Assembly: GCF_026210795.1 (NCBI RefSeq)
Contig: NC_089435.1
Coordinates: forward strand, 1,054,001-1,118,000
Direction: 5' to 3'
Length of the DNA: 64,000 nucleotides
DNA from: Rhizophagus irregularis
Taxonomy: Eukaryota
Position numbers and translations under genes: made by a program. This document shows, one piece after another, positions 27,176 to 39,941 of the stretch. The notes below the pieces were generated by a model. That model saw only the letters and a program-made list of their open reading frames with translations. It was not told the origin of the DNA and made no database searches. Position 1 is the first letter of the stretch; each line of letters starts with the position of its first letter.

Positions 27176-28300
27176 TAATTTTTGAACCTCTTTCTTTTTC
27201 TCTCTCGTTATTTTTCCTTATAACTATTTAGTCTTCTTATATATACCTCCCAGAAAAAGAAACGGGAGTTATTCAAGATGAAAATAACTTTCACTTTATA
27301 ATCATATTGAACAGTACATTTGATGATTTGAATCTTATTTTCATTCCTAATCATCCTAATAACACATATTCTCCTACATATCATCCTAATAATCTTAATA
27401 ACATGAGATTCTGAAAAGAGTAAAACTCTCTTTAAAAAATACATTTTTTAAAATTTTTCTCTTTTTGTAGAAATTGGCTCCAAAGTAAACATTTCAAGTA
27501 AGTTTTGAGTTTTTTCAAAACTTTCTTTTCGAAACTTAAAAAAAAAAGTTTAATGTTTTCAGTTCAATTTTTTAGGGAAATTGATTCTGATTTGGATACT
27601 GAAATCCTGATAGGTAAGTTTTGAATTTTTTGAAACTTAAGAAAAACTTTTTTTAACGTTTCTTTATTTTTAGAAAATTGGCTCCGAAGTTGGTACTGCA
27701 AAACTTCAAAATGGAAAAACGTTTTTTTTAACGTTTTTCTTTACTTTTTTTTAGGAAAATGACTCCAAAGTTTGGATTCTCAACTTTTAAATTTCAAATT
27801 TTCTTTTTTGAAATTTCAAAAAAAAAGTTCTCTAACTTTTTTTACTCTTTTGTAAGGAAGTTGACTCCAACTCAGATATGACAGAATCGGGTAAGTTTTT
27901 GAAAATAATTTGAAGACTTTGAAAAAATGTTTTTATTACTTTTTTTTTATTTCTTATAAGTCCCGGTTGGCCAGTCATCGAAATTAAAAGAAAGAGTAAG
28001 TTTCGTTGTGAATTTGCTTTTTCTTTTCCTTTATTTCTCTTTTTTTGTAGAGACTTTGGCAGACTTGTTTTTTCTTTTTTTAGACGATCTTCCTCAGTTG
28101 TTGCTAACAAAAAATATCGGATAGCTGAAATTGGGTTCTTCGGATGTGAATATTATTTTTTAAAAAAAATTTTCAATGAATCGTTTATTAAATGTTTCAT
28201 TTTATTTCTTTTTTATAGTTATTTTATATTTTTTTTAGGTGTTCTTTGGTTCATTGGACGTGGGATTTTGGTGAGCAGTATACAAAATTTTCTACAATTA

Positions 28301-28436
28301 CCGTATTTTGCGGTATATAAGCACCCCTTTTTTGCACTTGATGCTGGCCAAGATCCTCATAATTTTGGCCAAAATCGCCATAATTCTGGCCAGGGGTGCT
28401 TACTTTCGGGGGGTGCTTACTTACCGCAAAATACGG
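28301..28436. mobile_element. 136-bp Tc1/mariner/pogo-type MITE
   Basis: 27-bp TIR CCGTATTTTGCGGTA..TAAGCACCCC with TA on both sides (28299-28300 and 28437-28438). Confidence 0.9.
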
Positions 28437-29389
28437 TACTAATTTTTCTTTTTTTTTAAAAACGGTTTGTTCCTTGGCGTTTTGAACGTGAAATTTTGGT
28501 AAGTAATTTTCTTTTTTTTCTTTATTATTTTACGAGCGTGTTTACTAATATCTCATTATTCTTTTTTTAGATGGCTTAGCATCGGAGGCGATCAGAAATG
28601 ATTTGCATATGCGAAGTTTATATTTTTTCAATACCATTTAATGTTTATTATCGATATAACATTTTACATCAATTTACATTTACGATTAGATTTAGAATAG
28701 AACACTCTACTATTAGTTTGTAAGATACTTTACAACTTATTTACAGCTTCAAAAATAAATTTATTATATAACTTTACTATCACTTTAATATTTATTCAAT
28801 ATAAATTGAATGTACATTTACTTTAACTTTATTATCTATTCAACATAAATTATATATATGTTTGCGTTAACTTTAATATCACTTTAATATCTATTTATTA
28901 CAACTTAAATATGCGTTAATTATAACTTTAATTTGTATTTTGTGATTTCAATACTATTTTTGTACGATCCGATTAGATCAGGTGACGATCTCCTTAATAT
29001 GCATCAACTTTATACATACGATTGACTTAAACTTATTGTAACGATGTGAGACCATATCGTGACCAAGCCTTGGTTATAAGGTCTATGATAAAATTTCGAC
29101 TTGGTCACAATATGGTTTCGATTTTAAAAATTTCTGCAATGTCCGGACTCCAGAATTGGCTCTCTCTCTAATCAATTCTATGATCAACAGACCCGAATTT
29201 AGTCGAAATCACAAAGTCGATCATTTTGTCGATCACTCATAATTTTTTTTTTTTTGACGATTTTAAAAGTATAATCAAGAACCGAATTGGAAACCCAAGT
29301 TCGATATTGTGATCTTACATAATTTTGGATTAAATAGACATTTTATGGCTAAAATTAGAAACATTGCACTAAAATTTTAATATATTATT

Positions 29390-29745
29390 ATTTGGATCAC
29401 CGGGATCAGATGACACATAAGTTTGTCGTATCGTATCACCATCTGAAACATTTTAACGTTTATATGTTGCGCGTGTGTGATGTAACTTCAAATATTATTA
29501 AATTTTAATGCTATTTATTTGGATCACCAGGATCAGATGACACATAAGTTTGTCGTATCGTATCACCATCTGAAACATTATAACGCTTATATGTTGCGTG
29601 TGTGTCAAATATTATCAAACTTAATGCTAAGAACTTCATTGGGATCAGATGACACATAAGTTTGTCGTATCGTATCACCATCTCGTTTATATATTGTGCG
29701 TGTATATATATAACTTCAAATATTACTAAACTTTGATGCTAATTA
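29390..29745. repeat. Three copies of a roughly 120-bp unit directly upstream of the kinase ATG
   Basis: The core ggatcagatgacacataagtttgtcgtatcgtatcaccatct is identical at about 29403, 29530 and 29642. Confidence 0.9.
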
Positions 29746-29748
29746 ATT

Positions 29749-31393
29749 ATGGAACCTTCAAAAATCAATAATACTCATTCAAAAGATGAGAATATTAATG
29801 AAGAGGACAAGGTCGCCAATAAAGTTAATACTGTGACCTTAAATGATTTTTCTGATGGCGATTCAGGTGTTTATGAAGATATAATACTTAATCAAACACA
29901 TGGTTTGTGCCCTGAATGTAATCAACCAAATACAAGTCTTAATTGGTGCAAAGAATGTAATTCCAAAAGATTTCAACAAAATTTTGGTAATTGGACTAGT
30001 GGAAATGAATGTATTGATAAATTAATTCAAGAATCACAATTAAATGCAAGAAATAATTTTGAGTTACTTGAATGGATTCCTTATAATAGATTAAGACATA
30101 TTCAATTTCTTGCACAAGGTGGATTTAGCACTGTATACAAAGGACTTTGGTTAGATGGTCTTATTGAACAATGGGATTATGAAAAACAAGATTGGAAACG
30201 TACAATGTATAAAGATGAAAATTATCATTGTAATAGTGAAAATTATGGCTTCCTTGTAGCAATTAAAAGCTTAAATGATTCTGCAAATATTACTGAGGAT
30301 TTCTTAAATGAGGTAAGCGATTATTCAATATTAATTATAAAAGTGTTTAATTTAAAATAATAATAAATATTTTTTTAAAAAATAAATACAGTGGAAATTA
30401 TATTTGAAGTGCCAACATAAAGTAGGATCAGAAGGTTCTTATATTATCCCAGTACTTGGAATAACTCAGCATCCAGATACATTAAATTATATGGCTATAA
30501 TTTATCTACTACCAGGAAATTTAAGAAATAATTTACCAGGAATAAAATATAACCCAAATGATAAATTTAGAATTTTATTCGCTATTTCAATAGTGCTTGA
30601 AGCAATTCATGACTCAGATCTTGTTCATGGGGATTTTCATAGTGGAAATATATTGTATGCGGGGAAAGGAATTGCATATACTAGTGACCTTGGATTATGT
30701 GGACCAGTTAATCGATCTAATACGAAAGATGAGATATATGGAGTTCTTCCTTATATGGCGCCGGAAGTTTTACGTGGTAACCCATATACAAAAGCTGCTG
30801 ATATATATAGTTTGGGCATTATAATGTGGGAATTGGCATCAGGAACTCCAGCATTTTATAATGTTTCTTATGATTTTCAACTTCATTTAGATATTTGTGA
30901 AGGCATAAGACCAAAAATCGCAGAAGGAACTGTGCTAGAATATGTTGAATTTATGAAAAGATGTTGGGATAATGATCCTAAAAAAAGACAAACTGCTAGT
31001 GAATGTAAATTTAAATTTGCGATATGGCTTTTTAAATATCCACCTGAAAATGACGATGAAAAAAGAGTACCTATACCTGGTAATTATAGATTTAATCTTT
31101 AATACAAATTTGCATTTTACTTATTTTATTGATTATTTTTAGAAAATGAACCGAAAATTACATATCATCCAAATTCTTGTTATGCCAGTAGAAAAATTAC
31201 TTATTCGGCTAAATTAAATGAACATTTAGCACAAGATTTATTGAGTTACAAAATTATAATTGATGATGATGAGATAAATGAAAACTTCGGTACAGTATAT
31301 GAAATAATGCTGTGAAAACATTTGTTTACAATTGTACATATTAATTAAATTTATAATATTTATATTTATTTACTAGATGATTGTAAGATTTAA
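29749..31393 (+). CDS. TKL-like protein kinase, 4 exons (29749-30312, 30392-31079, 31143-31289, 31377-31393)
   Basis: CPEC..WCKEC..NFGNWTSGN, EWIPY, AQGGFSTVY, VAIKSL, HGDFHSGN, SDLG, GVLPYMAPE and DIYSLG. Three GT-AG introns keep the frame, and it ends ENFDDCKI*. Confidence 0.9.
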
Positions 31394-32770
31394 TAAATAT
31401 ATAAGGATTTATGGTAACCGTTTTATATATCAAGGATTAATTATGATTTATAGAATTTATAGTATTAAATCGAATTTCATTATTTTTATTTGATAAATGT
31501 ATTAAATAACAAATTTAAAACTTAACAATATTTATACATAGTAATTATTATTATTATCAATTATGTGACTTAGTATCATAAAAGAGAAAGAATTCTTAAC
31601 ATTTAAATCATTCAAATCGTGTATTTTTTTGTTATTCTAGAAATTTAACAAAATTTATAAACAAGTTAGTTATAACGTAAATAATAAGAATTGAGAAATA
31701 AAGTCATATATTACTAATTATACTGATTCTAATTATTCTGATTATTCTGATAAACTATTTACGTTTTTTTAAGCTACAATTATTAATCATCTCGCGTTAC
31801 CAATCAAACTTATTTACCATAAATTCTGAAAAACGTTTAAATAAAACTAAATTGAATGATTTAGGCTGCATCACAAAGAAATTTAGTCATATATATTTTG
31901 ATACTTTTTGACCTTTTTATAAACTTTTAACAAAATAATTGGTTATTAAACAAGTAATTCAGAAATTAAATCATAAATATAACAACATTTATTAATTTAC
32001 AATAATCTGAAGAAAGGAAGAAAATAAAGTATTATAGTTACTAAAAATAGTCCAGGTCTACATAACCTAAATGAATCGATTGAATCGTTCCCCTAATGAT
32101 TTACATAATTGGATTTTCTAAATTGCTTTACTACGCAAATTTATGGATCATTACTTAATTAAATAAATTAACCAATAAAATTGTTCAGGATAAATTTAAC
32201 GTCATCTCAAGCAAACGTCATCATTTCGGACCGCAATTGTTCACTCGGATAGTTAGCCCAATAATTTAACGTCATTTCGACCGCAACCACTTCAAAAACT
32301 TTGTACAGTCAAATTAAATATAATACTGTACCTCAAAATTAATAATATCCGAAGATACTGTGACGAAAGCGGATAATTTGTGATTTATGAGAAAAAGGAT
32401 ACGTTTTCGCTTTTGGTACATTCTTCAGATCAATGGTGAATTGATAGTATTAATAAAGTTTTCAAGAGAAGAAAAATGAGAAAAATGGTAAAATCTGCGG
32501 AAAAGATATGGAGTTAGAGTCATAAAGCTGTTAAAGAAGTCGATAGCAAAGAAAACGTTACCGATTTCAAATGAGAAATTAGCTGAGTGGATTTTTCACG
32601 AAAAGAATGGGAAACGCTTAAATTAGATAGATATGTTAAATAGTTTTTCTTTAGGTAAGTTTTTACAAGTACTAATCGTTCGGGTTTATTTTTTTCGATC
32701 CAGATGATGTTTATTTTTGTATTCTTCTTTTTTAAAAATAGGAATATGCAAATATGTTTATAACAGATAT

Positions 32771-34923
32771 TATCACCTGGCCACTAATGGGCATCTAGTA
32801 TTTTTTTCGCCGTTTATAAACTATTTAACCAGTATGATAAGCTATAGTAATTATAGTTTAATTGAATAGTTACAATTTATTAATTTTTATTGGTTTGCTA
32901 TTATTATAATACATTTTAATACATTCACGTTCAATTTTTACTAATATTTATAGATACATTACAATTAGTGATATGAACTTTCATTCCCTCCAAATCAAGA
33001 GTCATATTTTGAGAAGATTGAGAGTCATCACTTGGTACTTTCTTATTTAAATCTATAAGAGGCGACCTGAATTTTCCTTTAAAAGTTGTTTTAAATTTAT
33101 CACGTTTAGTTACTTTTGTACTCTCAATTTCTTTAGTACTAGTGCTTTTCAAACCAATGATCGATTCACAGTGCTCTTCTATATCAAATGAGTAAAATGT
33201 CAATTTATAATTATTATTTATAGAAAAGATAATAATTATTTACGTACCTTTAGAAACCACTTCGATTGAAATAGGAGAATTTCTTGTAAACTCAGAGCTT
33301 CTTGTTGTATTCTATAATAAAAATAAAAATTAAATATTGTACTATTATGAAATAAAATGTCTTTTTATATATTTACCAATGTACTGCTTTTGCCAACGAT
33401 AGAAGGATTTGATTGTGCTGGAAAAGCCTTTTTTGTTACTTCCATCATCTGCTTTTCATTAGGCATTCTGTATGCATTGACTCCTGCTAAAGAATGATGT
33501 CCAGAAAATGCCATAATTTGTTGTGCATCAACATCTTGATTATTTAAATTCTGAATAGCGGATTTTCTTGTAGAATGATTTGAAATTTTTTTATTAACAG
33601 TATCAATTCCAGTTTCAGTAGCAATTGTTTTAAGCATTTGATTTAGCTTATCCCGACCAAGATGAAGGGGAAAATACCATAGGTCTTCATTAATTTCTAG
33701 AATTAAATGAGTAATTAGTTATAGAATAACATAAACTAAAAAAAGTAATACACAGTAAAGAAGATTACTTTTAATATCACTAATGGGCCGTAAATAAAAG
33801 TTGGATTCTGCATTTTCAGGTCGTAAACGTAAATATTTTGATATGTCATGGCAAGGTCCATTAGTTGTTCCAAATTCATCAGGTGGTATGACAGAAATTC
33901 GTGGCTGGCTTGTTTTACCTTTTTTACGACGCGAATTTAGACCACCTTATTTATTCATAAAATAAAAATGAGTAATTATTATAGAATAGTTCACTGTTAG
34001 TAGATTCTACATGGAAATTTGTCTACCTTGATTATTTTTTTCATGTATTATTATAAAATTATAACCTCGCTCCATCAGGTCGTCTTTGAAAATCAGAAGC
34101 CATAATATTAATATAACTCCCACCACGGGCAGCTGTAAGATTGGTTAACCAGAAAAAACCCTACGTAGCAGTCCTTCTGGATTATCACCACGCATACTTG
34201 AATGACATAATATTTGCTTTTGTTCATCTTCGGTAAGTGGATCTGCACCTTTCTTGATATCCAAACCGTTAAGCTCACGCATTTTGGAGTGCACAACGTT
34301 TAACAGAGGTTTGAAAACTGGTTCACTGAATAAATCTAATGGTGCAATAGCTGAGTGATTTTGAAAATATCGATTTAATGCTGACACACAATTATAAATG
34401 GATTCTGAAGAATAGTATTGTTTATTAACAGGTCTCATTTTTATAATAAATTTAATGAGTATATTACAAAGTTGTGATTTTGATTGAATATCTTCAATAT
34501 TTTCTACATATCAAATATCATTTTGAAATTCCTTTAGTCTCTTTAACCACATCTTTGTATTACGTTGAGTTGCAGCTGGTGTTGCTGCATTTTGGTATTT
34601 TTTAATTTCCTCTTGTGTAGGTCTTTCATAGGGAGCCCTGTTATGCTTACTGCTTACTTTTGATGTAGTTTTGCTTGTCATTTTTGAGGAAAATCGTGTA
34701 AAACTAAAGGAAAGAAGAAAAAAAAAGTTTCGTCAAGCTGACAAATACACTAATACACAAAAGTCTAAAATAGTTTATTTTATATGATCAGTGATCACTG
34801 ATCAACTAGATGCCCGTGTCCAGGATGATAAAAAAGTTATTTACTGACCTAATTTAGTATATAAATGGGTCATCATCCTTCGGATGATAACCCATTTATA
34901 TACTACTAGATCAGTAAATAACT
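32771..34923 (-). mobile_element. Crypton-type tyrosine-recombinase DNA transposon (disabled)
   Basis: An intron-containing YR gene is bracketed by an imperfect inverted repeat (32771-32799 / 34805-34830) and a long hairpin (34835-34923). No TSD seen. Confidence 0.8.
32931..34681 (-). pseudogene. Tyrosine recombinase (Crypton/DUF3504-like) with about 4 introns
   Basis: ATG 34681 MTSKTTSK...TQRNTKMW...YSSESIYNCVSALNRYF...GLLRRVF(F)W...AARGG...EKNNQGG...WYFPLHLGRDKLNQMLKTIA...ISNHSTRKSAI...IMAFSGHHSLAGVNAY gives the R, K, HxxR, H, Y catalytic set. There is an in-frame TGA at 34513-34511 and frameshifts near 34155 and 34068. Confidence 0.85.
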
Positions 34924-36284
34924 AATACTTATCAAAAAAAAAATTATTCAATGTTGAAATTTTTAAACAAGAAAATTTTATCCATATTGCATATCTGATA
35001 TTATTCGTTATTCGCATGACAAACTTAAAAATTGGTTAGTATAGTAAAGAACATTTTCAAATATTTTATCTACCATAACCTCTTGACGGAATTAATAAAG
35101 TTCAATGGTACGCATCACTGGTATTTTATTTAACCTGAAGAAATACTGATAATATTTAAATCTTGCAAAACAATAATATAAGATATTAAACTGGTTGAGT
35201 CAATGATCAAAACACCGTATGACCATACTTTGGCTTCGATCCAATCATCACAAATAATCGTAGAAGTATTATGCTAAATTTTCACCATATTTTTTTTAGC
35301 CATCAAAATATTTATTTCTAAATATTCTTTAAAAATATTATGTAAACGATATTGTCAGAAATTGAAATCAATTTCATTTGATGTTATGGAGGTCATAAAC
35401 TTTTGCCTAATTTTATAAACATATACAGTATACCTTCTTGCGGCAAAAGGATTCTTCTTTCTTGTTTCTGACTCTGGTACCTTATTACTTGCGTGGGCTG
35501 ATATCCAAAGATTACGTTTCTTTCAAACACTAATCATATTCATAATGGTAAATTTATTAAAATAAATAAATAGGTTTATTGTAAATATTCTATAATAATA
35601 TGTTAAATAATCCTTTATAAAAAAAAATAAATAAATCCAAAGAACAAAATTCTGAAATTTTATTAAATTTTAAAAAATTTTAATGATTTTATGATTTTAT
35701 ATTTATAATCTCGGGGTTAATTCATTCGATCTAAGTTAATATATTTATTACATTATAAAAATTACATGTGGTGTTAAGTTATTTCATCATTAGCCAAGAT
35801 TAGGTGATTAATTATTCGCTTTGTTTTACTTTCTATTCTTATTTTTTTTAAAAAAAAAATTCCATGAAAAAATATAATCCATCGGATGCTCAAAAAAAAG
35901 CTTATAATTATTTGACTATTTTATCATTAACGTTAAGAATGATATCATGTGTTTAAAACGGTCTTATTATGGTAAATTGAACCGCCACTAAACTACAATA
36001 ATACTATTATGCACACACATGAACTTTACCTCATTCCTGCCATATTAAGATAGATTGTGTTTTTCATATTTTATATGCTTATATGTAAAAATCGACTTGT
36101 GGACTCTTTCCGCTGATCTTTCATACCAAATTTTAATGGAAGAAATATATTACAAAAAATATATATAAACTATATACAAAATGTCAAATAATACAGTATT
36201 AACGCAAGTGACGGTGGTAAACAAGTTTATAAAGGAGTTCTACTTGGAGTTTATAAATATAGAAAAGTCGTGTTTGCATTATTT

Positions 36285-37200
36285 TTATTATACAAAGACG
36301 GTACCAGAGTTTCGGGTTACCGCTAAAGCACAACTAGATACTTGGAAGGAGTTACCTATAGGGATATACAAAGAAGGTTTCTCGTCCGTATCAGTCGTTA
36401 TATCTTGGAAATTTTTAATAAGATGAGATGGTCAAGTTCCGAGGAAAAAGTTACCGAAGTTTTTCGAAGAAAATTTTTCGTCTCTTCCAGCCGACCGCAG
36501 CAAAGATATGAGGTCACGTGAATTGGAAGAGATGTTAAACCAAGAACGAATAATATTTCTTCAAAAAGAGGAAATAGAAAAATTTAAGTAGACTATTACG
36601 GATTTGGAAAGTCTTGTTCGAGAACTAGAAGTTGATGTAACGGATGTAACGATGAAAGACGAAAAAATTAGAAAAAGAAGAAGTCAGAATTATTACCAAA
36701 AAAATTAAAGCAGAAGAAGGATAATGATACGAGTTTATCGAACAGAAAAGTTAAGGAAAACTCGGGTCAAACAAAGAAAAATTCTTCACGCAGGAGCAAG
36801 ACGGCAGGAAGCGTAAAAATCAGAAAATTTTGGATCACAAATGGAAAGATCACCAATTCCGGTTAAAACAATAACCGATAGGAGTTATTTGGATAATAAT
36901 TTTGCCGAGAAATCACGTGATATTACTTTCTACGATTTTTGAAGGAAGAAACAGAAAGTGCAATTTTGAATGTAAATAATAAACGTGTTGCAAGCGTCCA
37001 AGGTGCAAGGGAAGATAGCGATAGCGAGTAAATACTAAATAGACTGTATTACAACATAGTTAGGTTTTTATAGTATAATTTCAATTTTTTGTATTAGATA
37101 GATACTTCATTGACCCAACGTATTTACTTACGTTGATATTGCGTTTGCAATTATTTCAATACCAATAAAGTTTTAATTAAAAAAATAAAATAAAAATCAA
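36285..37200 (+). pseudogene. Decayed charged/coiled-coil coding remnant ending in AATAAA plus an A-rich tail; possibly retroelement-derived
   Basis: Broken frames such as SRELEEMLNQERIIFLQKEEIEKFK*TITDLESLVRELEVDV, AATAAAG near 37164 and an A-rich run after it. Family not recognised. Confidence 0.3.
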
Positions 37201-37660
37201 CTTGTCATACGAACTTTATAATGTGTAAAAGAATAATAAATTTTTATATAGAAATAAAGATAACCCTCATACTTTGCTTTTTTATACTTCTAGAATAGTT
37301 CTTTATTTTTGGCGTCCGGGAATTGTGACCCCGTGCGCATGATCATTTAAGATTTGCGCTACACAAAAAAACAGGTTCTTCATATACTCATTGTAGACAA
37401 TCTCAATTAGGAAGTTGATTAAATGCAATGTTAGTAAGTTTGCGATCGACAAAATATTCAAAATTTTATATAAAGATTCTTTTTTTTTTCTCAACTTAAA
37501 GCTTCTCTTCAAATAAAGAACTCGATCAGCAATTTTTGTGAAGTAAGATTTTCAATAGTGTGTGTTCTTCTACAGTATACAGTTCATACAATAGTTTCTA
37601 ATATTTCGATCTTTACTTTTTTAAATAATTCCCTAGAAAAATACTCGATCCAATTTAAAC

Positions 37661-38194
37661 ATGAACCAGGATCAAGCTTTTAGCCCACTACCCCCGTTCA
37701 ATACTACTTATCCGGACTCCAATAACTACAACATCTCGCTGCAACAGAACCTTACTTCCGAAAATACTCTTCACGTGACAACTACGGATGCCGTTCATCC
37801 TAGTACGCAAACTCCTCAACTTACCACTATACCTCTTCATCCTACCACCTTTTTTTTCCGTCCACCGAATGATTTTTGTCATTATTACGTTAATTGTAAG
37901 GAAATCTGTTACGATACCGTTACATACTTATTAAACAAGCCACCAAAAGAACATAACGTTCAATCTAACGAAAATGAATGTATTTTCTACTATCGGCAAC
38001 AAATTGATACCAGGTTTTATCAGGTACTATGCGAAATCGTTTCACCTCTTTTGATCAATAGTTATTTGAATAAAAATATTCTCGGAATTGATTTACAAAA
38101 TTCGGAACATGAGAACCTAACATTTACCATCAATCAAAAAGATAATCTTGAATATCATTTGAAGCAATATTTAAGCCTTTACTTACTTAACTAG
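37661..38194 (+). CDS. Lineage-specific hypothetical protein (177 aa)
   Basis: Uninterrupted ATG ORF with an S/T/P/Q-rich N-terminus and an FFFRPPNDFCHYYVNCKEI...FYYRQQ core. There is a probable 5'-UTR intron (GTAAGA about 37543 to CCCTAG about 37635). Confidence 0.75.
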   Translation: MNQDQAFSPLPPFNTTYPDSNNYNISLQQNLTSENTLHVTTTDAVHPSTQTPQLTTIPLHPTTFFFRPPNDFCHYYVNCKEICYDTVTYLLNKPPKEHNVQSNENECIFYYRQQIDTRFYQVLCEIVSPLLINSYLNKNILGIDLQNSEHENLTFTINQKDNLEYHLKQYLSLYLLN

Positions 38195-39941
38195 ATTAGA
38201 AATTTTCGTTTCGTATTTAAATTTACCCGGATTATAATTTTTAAGGAATATTATCGTTTGTCATATTTATCAAAGAGAACCTTCATTATAGTTGTTAGTT
38301 TATAAATAAAGCTCAATGAGATTTTATTATGATCTTATTTTAAAGAACAACTTTTTTTGTAACTGATCTGCAACACGGTTCGAGAAAAATTCCGATCGTC
38401 TAAGATTTAATATATATGTAAACAAGAATTTTCTTGCGTATGAATAAATTAGTAAACTTCGTTGTTATCCTATTCTTCAAACTTTGCTTGAAAGTAAAAT
38501 TGTAAAATGATATATAACAGATAAATGAATACTAGAAAAGCAGCTCAAATTATGATATTTCATGAATTTATTAACAGTCATCGGAAATGTCACTTTCATA
38601 TTTAACGAAATTTGTGTAACATTAATCGGAGCACTTCATTTTGCATGTAAATTATAAAATCGATAGATTATCTTGTGTTCCACCAACTTTTATCCTTACC
38701 TTCCCATTTTTTAATAAAAAATTTTTTTTTTCATACATGTTGAAAACCCGCTTTAAAACTAGCTTTTCTCAAGATCTAAGTTGGGATAGGAAGAAATGTA
38801 TAGTTTTAACAGTAGTATATATGTAAATTTACGAAAGGAAAAGGTTTTTCTAAGCTTATAATAACGGTTATTAATGCAAAAAACTGAATTTTACTATTGT
38901 AAGTGGCCTTTTCTTTTTTTAAAAAAAATTAATTACTATAAGAGAAATGAATAAAATTTAGTTTATTTTATTATTTTTTATTAGTTTTCACTATATTCTT
39001 GTTGTTAAAGTTGATTTCTTCGGCAATTTGGTTAATTTTTTGGCTAAAGGTTAGTTACATGCGATGGTTTAAATTTCTAATTTTTATATTTGTTTGTTTG
39101 TTTGTTTGTTTGTTTATATTTGATTTATGATATCTAAAAAAAATTTTTTTTTATTTTAGGGAATCTTTTTTTTGAATAGTAATTTATATTTGGTTTTTCT
39201 TAAGAGATCTTTGAAGAAAAAATATTAATTTTATAATGAAGTAACTGAAAAGAAAAACTCCATTAAAACTATCAAGGAGAAAATATAGTTGGCGACAACT
39301 TATAAGCAAATTTAAATATTAACGTTAAAAAATTTATACGTATTTATTCTTTAATGGTAAATTTTTTTCGCTTTATTTATTTCTTTCGTTAATTTTATTA
39401 ACTATTTACTTTTATTTACATAGTAAAACAAATTTCTTTAGATAAGGATGCATTGTCTAATGCAAGTTTTCATTTTTTTAAATTCTTCAGAGCACCTTAA
39501 GTTTAGATGTTACGTATCTTTCATTATGAATTCATTCATTCATTTATTTATTTTAACCAATTCTTTTTTTTTTATTTTTGTTCCACCAGCAGATGGAGGA
39601 GCAGCGCCACCAACAAATGGGAAAGATCCAAAAGAAGTGCTGGCAAATGAAGCATCAGGAACAGCATATTGGCAGATGGTAAAGGCCCAGACAACAATAA
39701 TAATGAAGGAAATCCATCAAGTTCAATTTTAGGTTTTTCTTTTTTTTATTTATTTTTTTTCATTTATTATTTGTTAGTGGTTATTTTTTTTTTTTTTTTG
39801 AGGCTTTTACGAAAATGTAATTCAATTAATAAAATTGGAAATTAACATCAAAAAATGTGTTGCTACTCTTATCTTTATTTTTAATTTTTTTAATTTTTAT
39901 TAATTATTTTATTTCTTTTAAAAAAACAGTAATTATTGTGA

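Larger units (their letters stand above)
25066..29140. mobile_element. About 4.1-kb putative non-autonomous TIR element containing micro-exon arrays
   Basis: Ends TTGCAGAAA...TTTCTGCAA with ACGAT-rich subterminal regions. The left end coincides exactly with the truncation point of the F-box pseudogene. No TSD. Confidence 0.5.

Noticed and set aside
29390..29745. CRISPR-like repeat-spacer reading of the three identical cores
   Set aside because: The intervening sequences are homologous to each other, there are only three copies and there are no cas genes.
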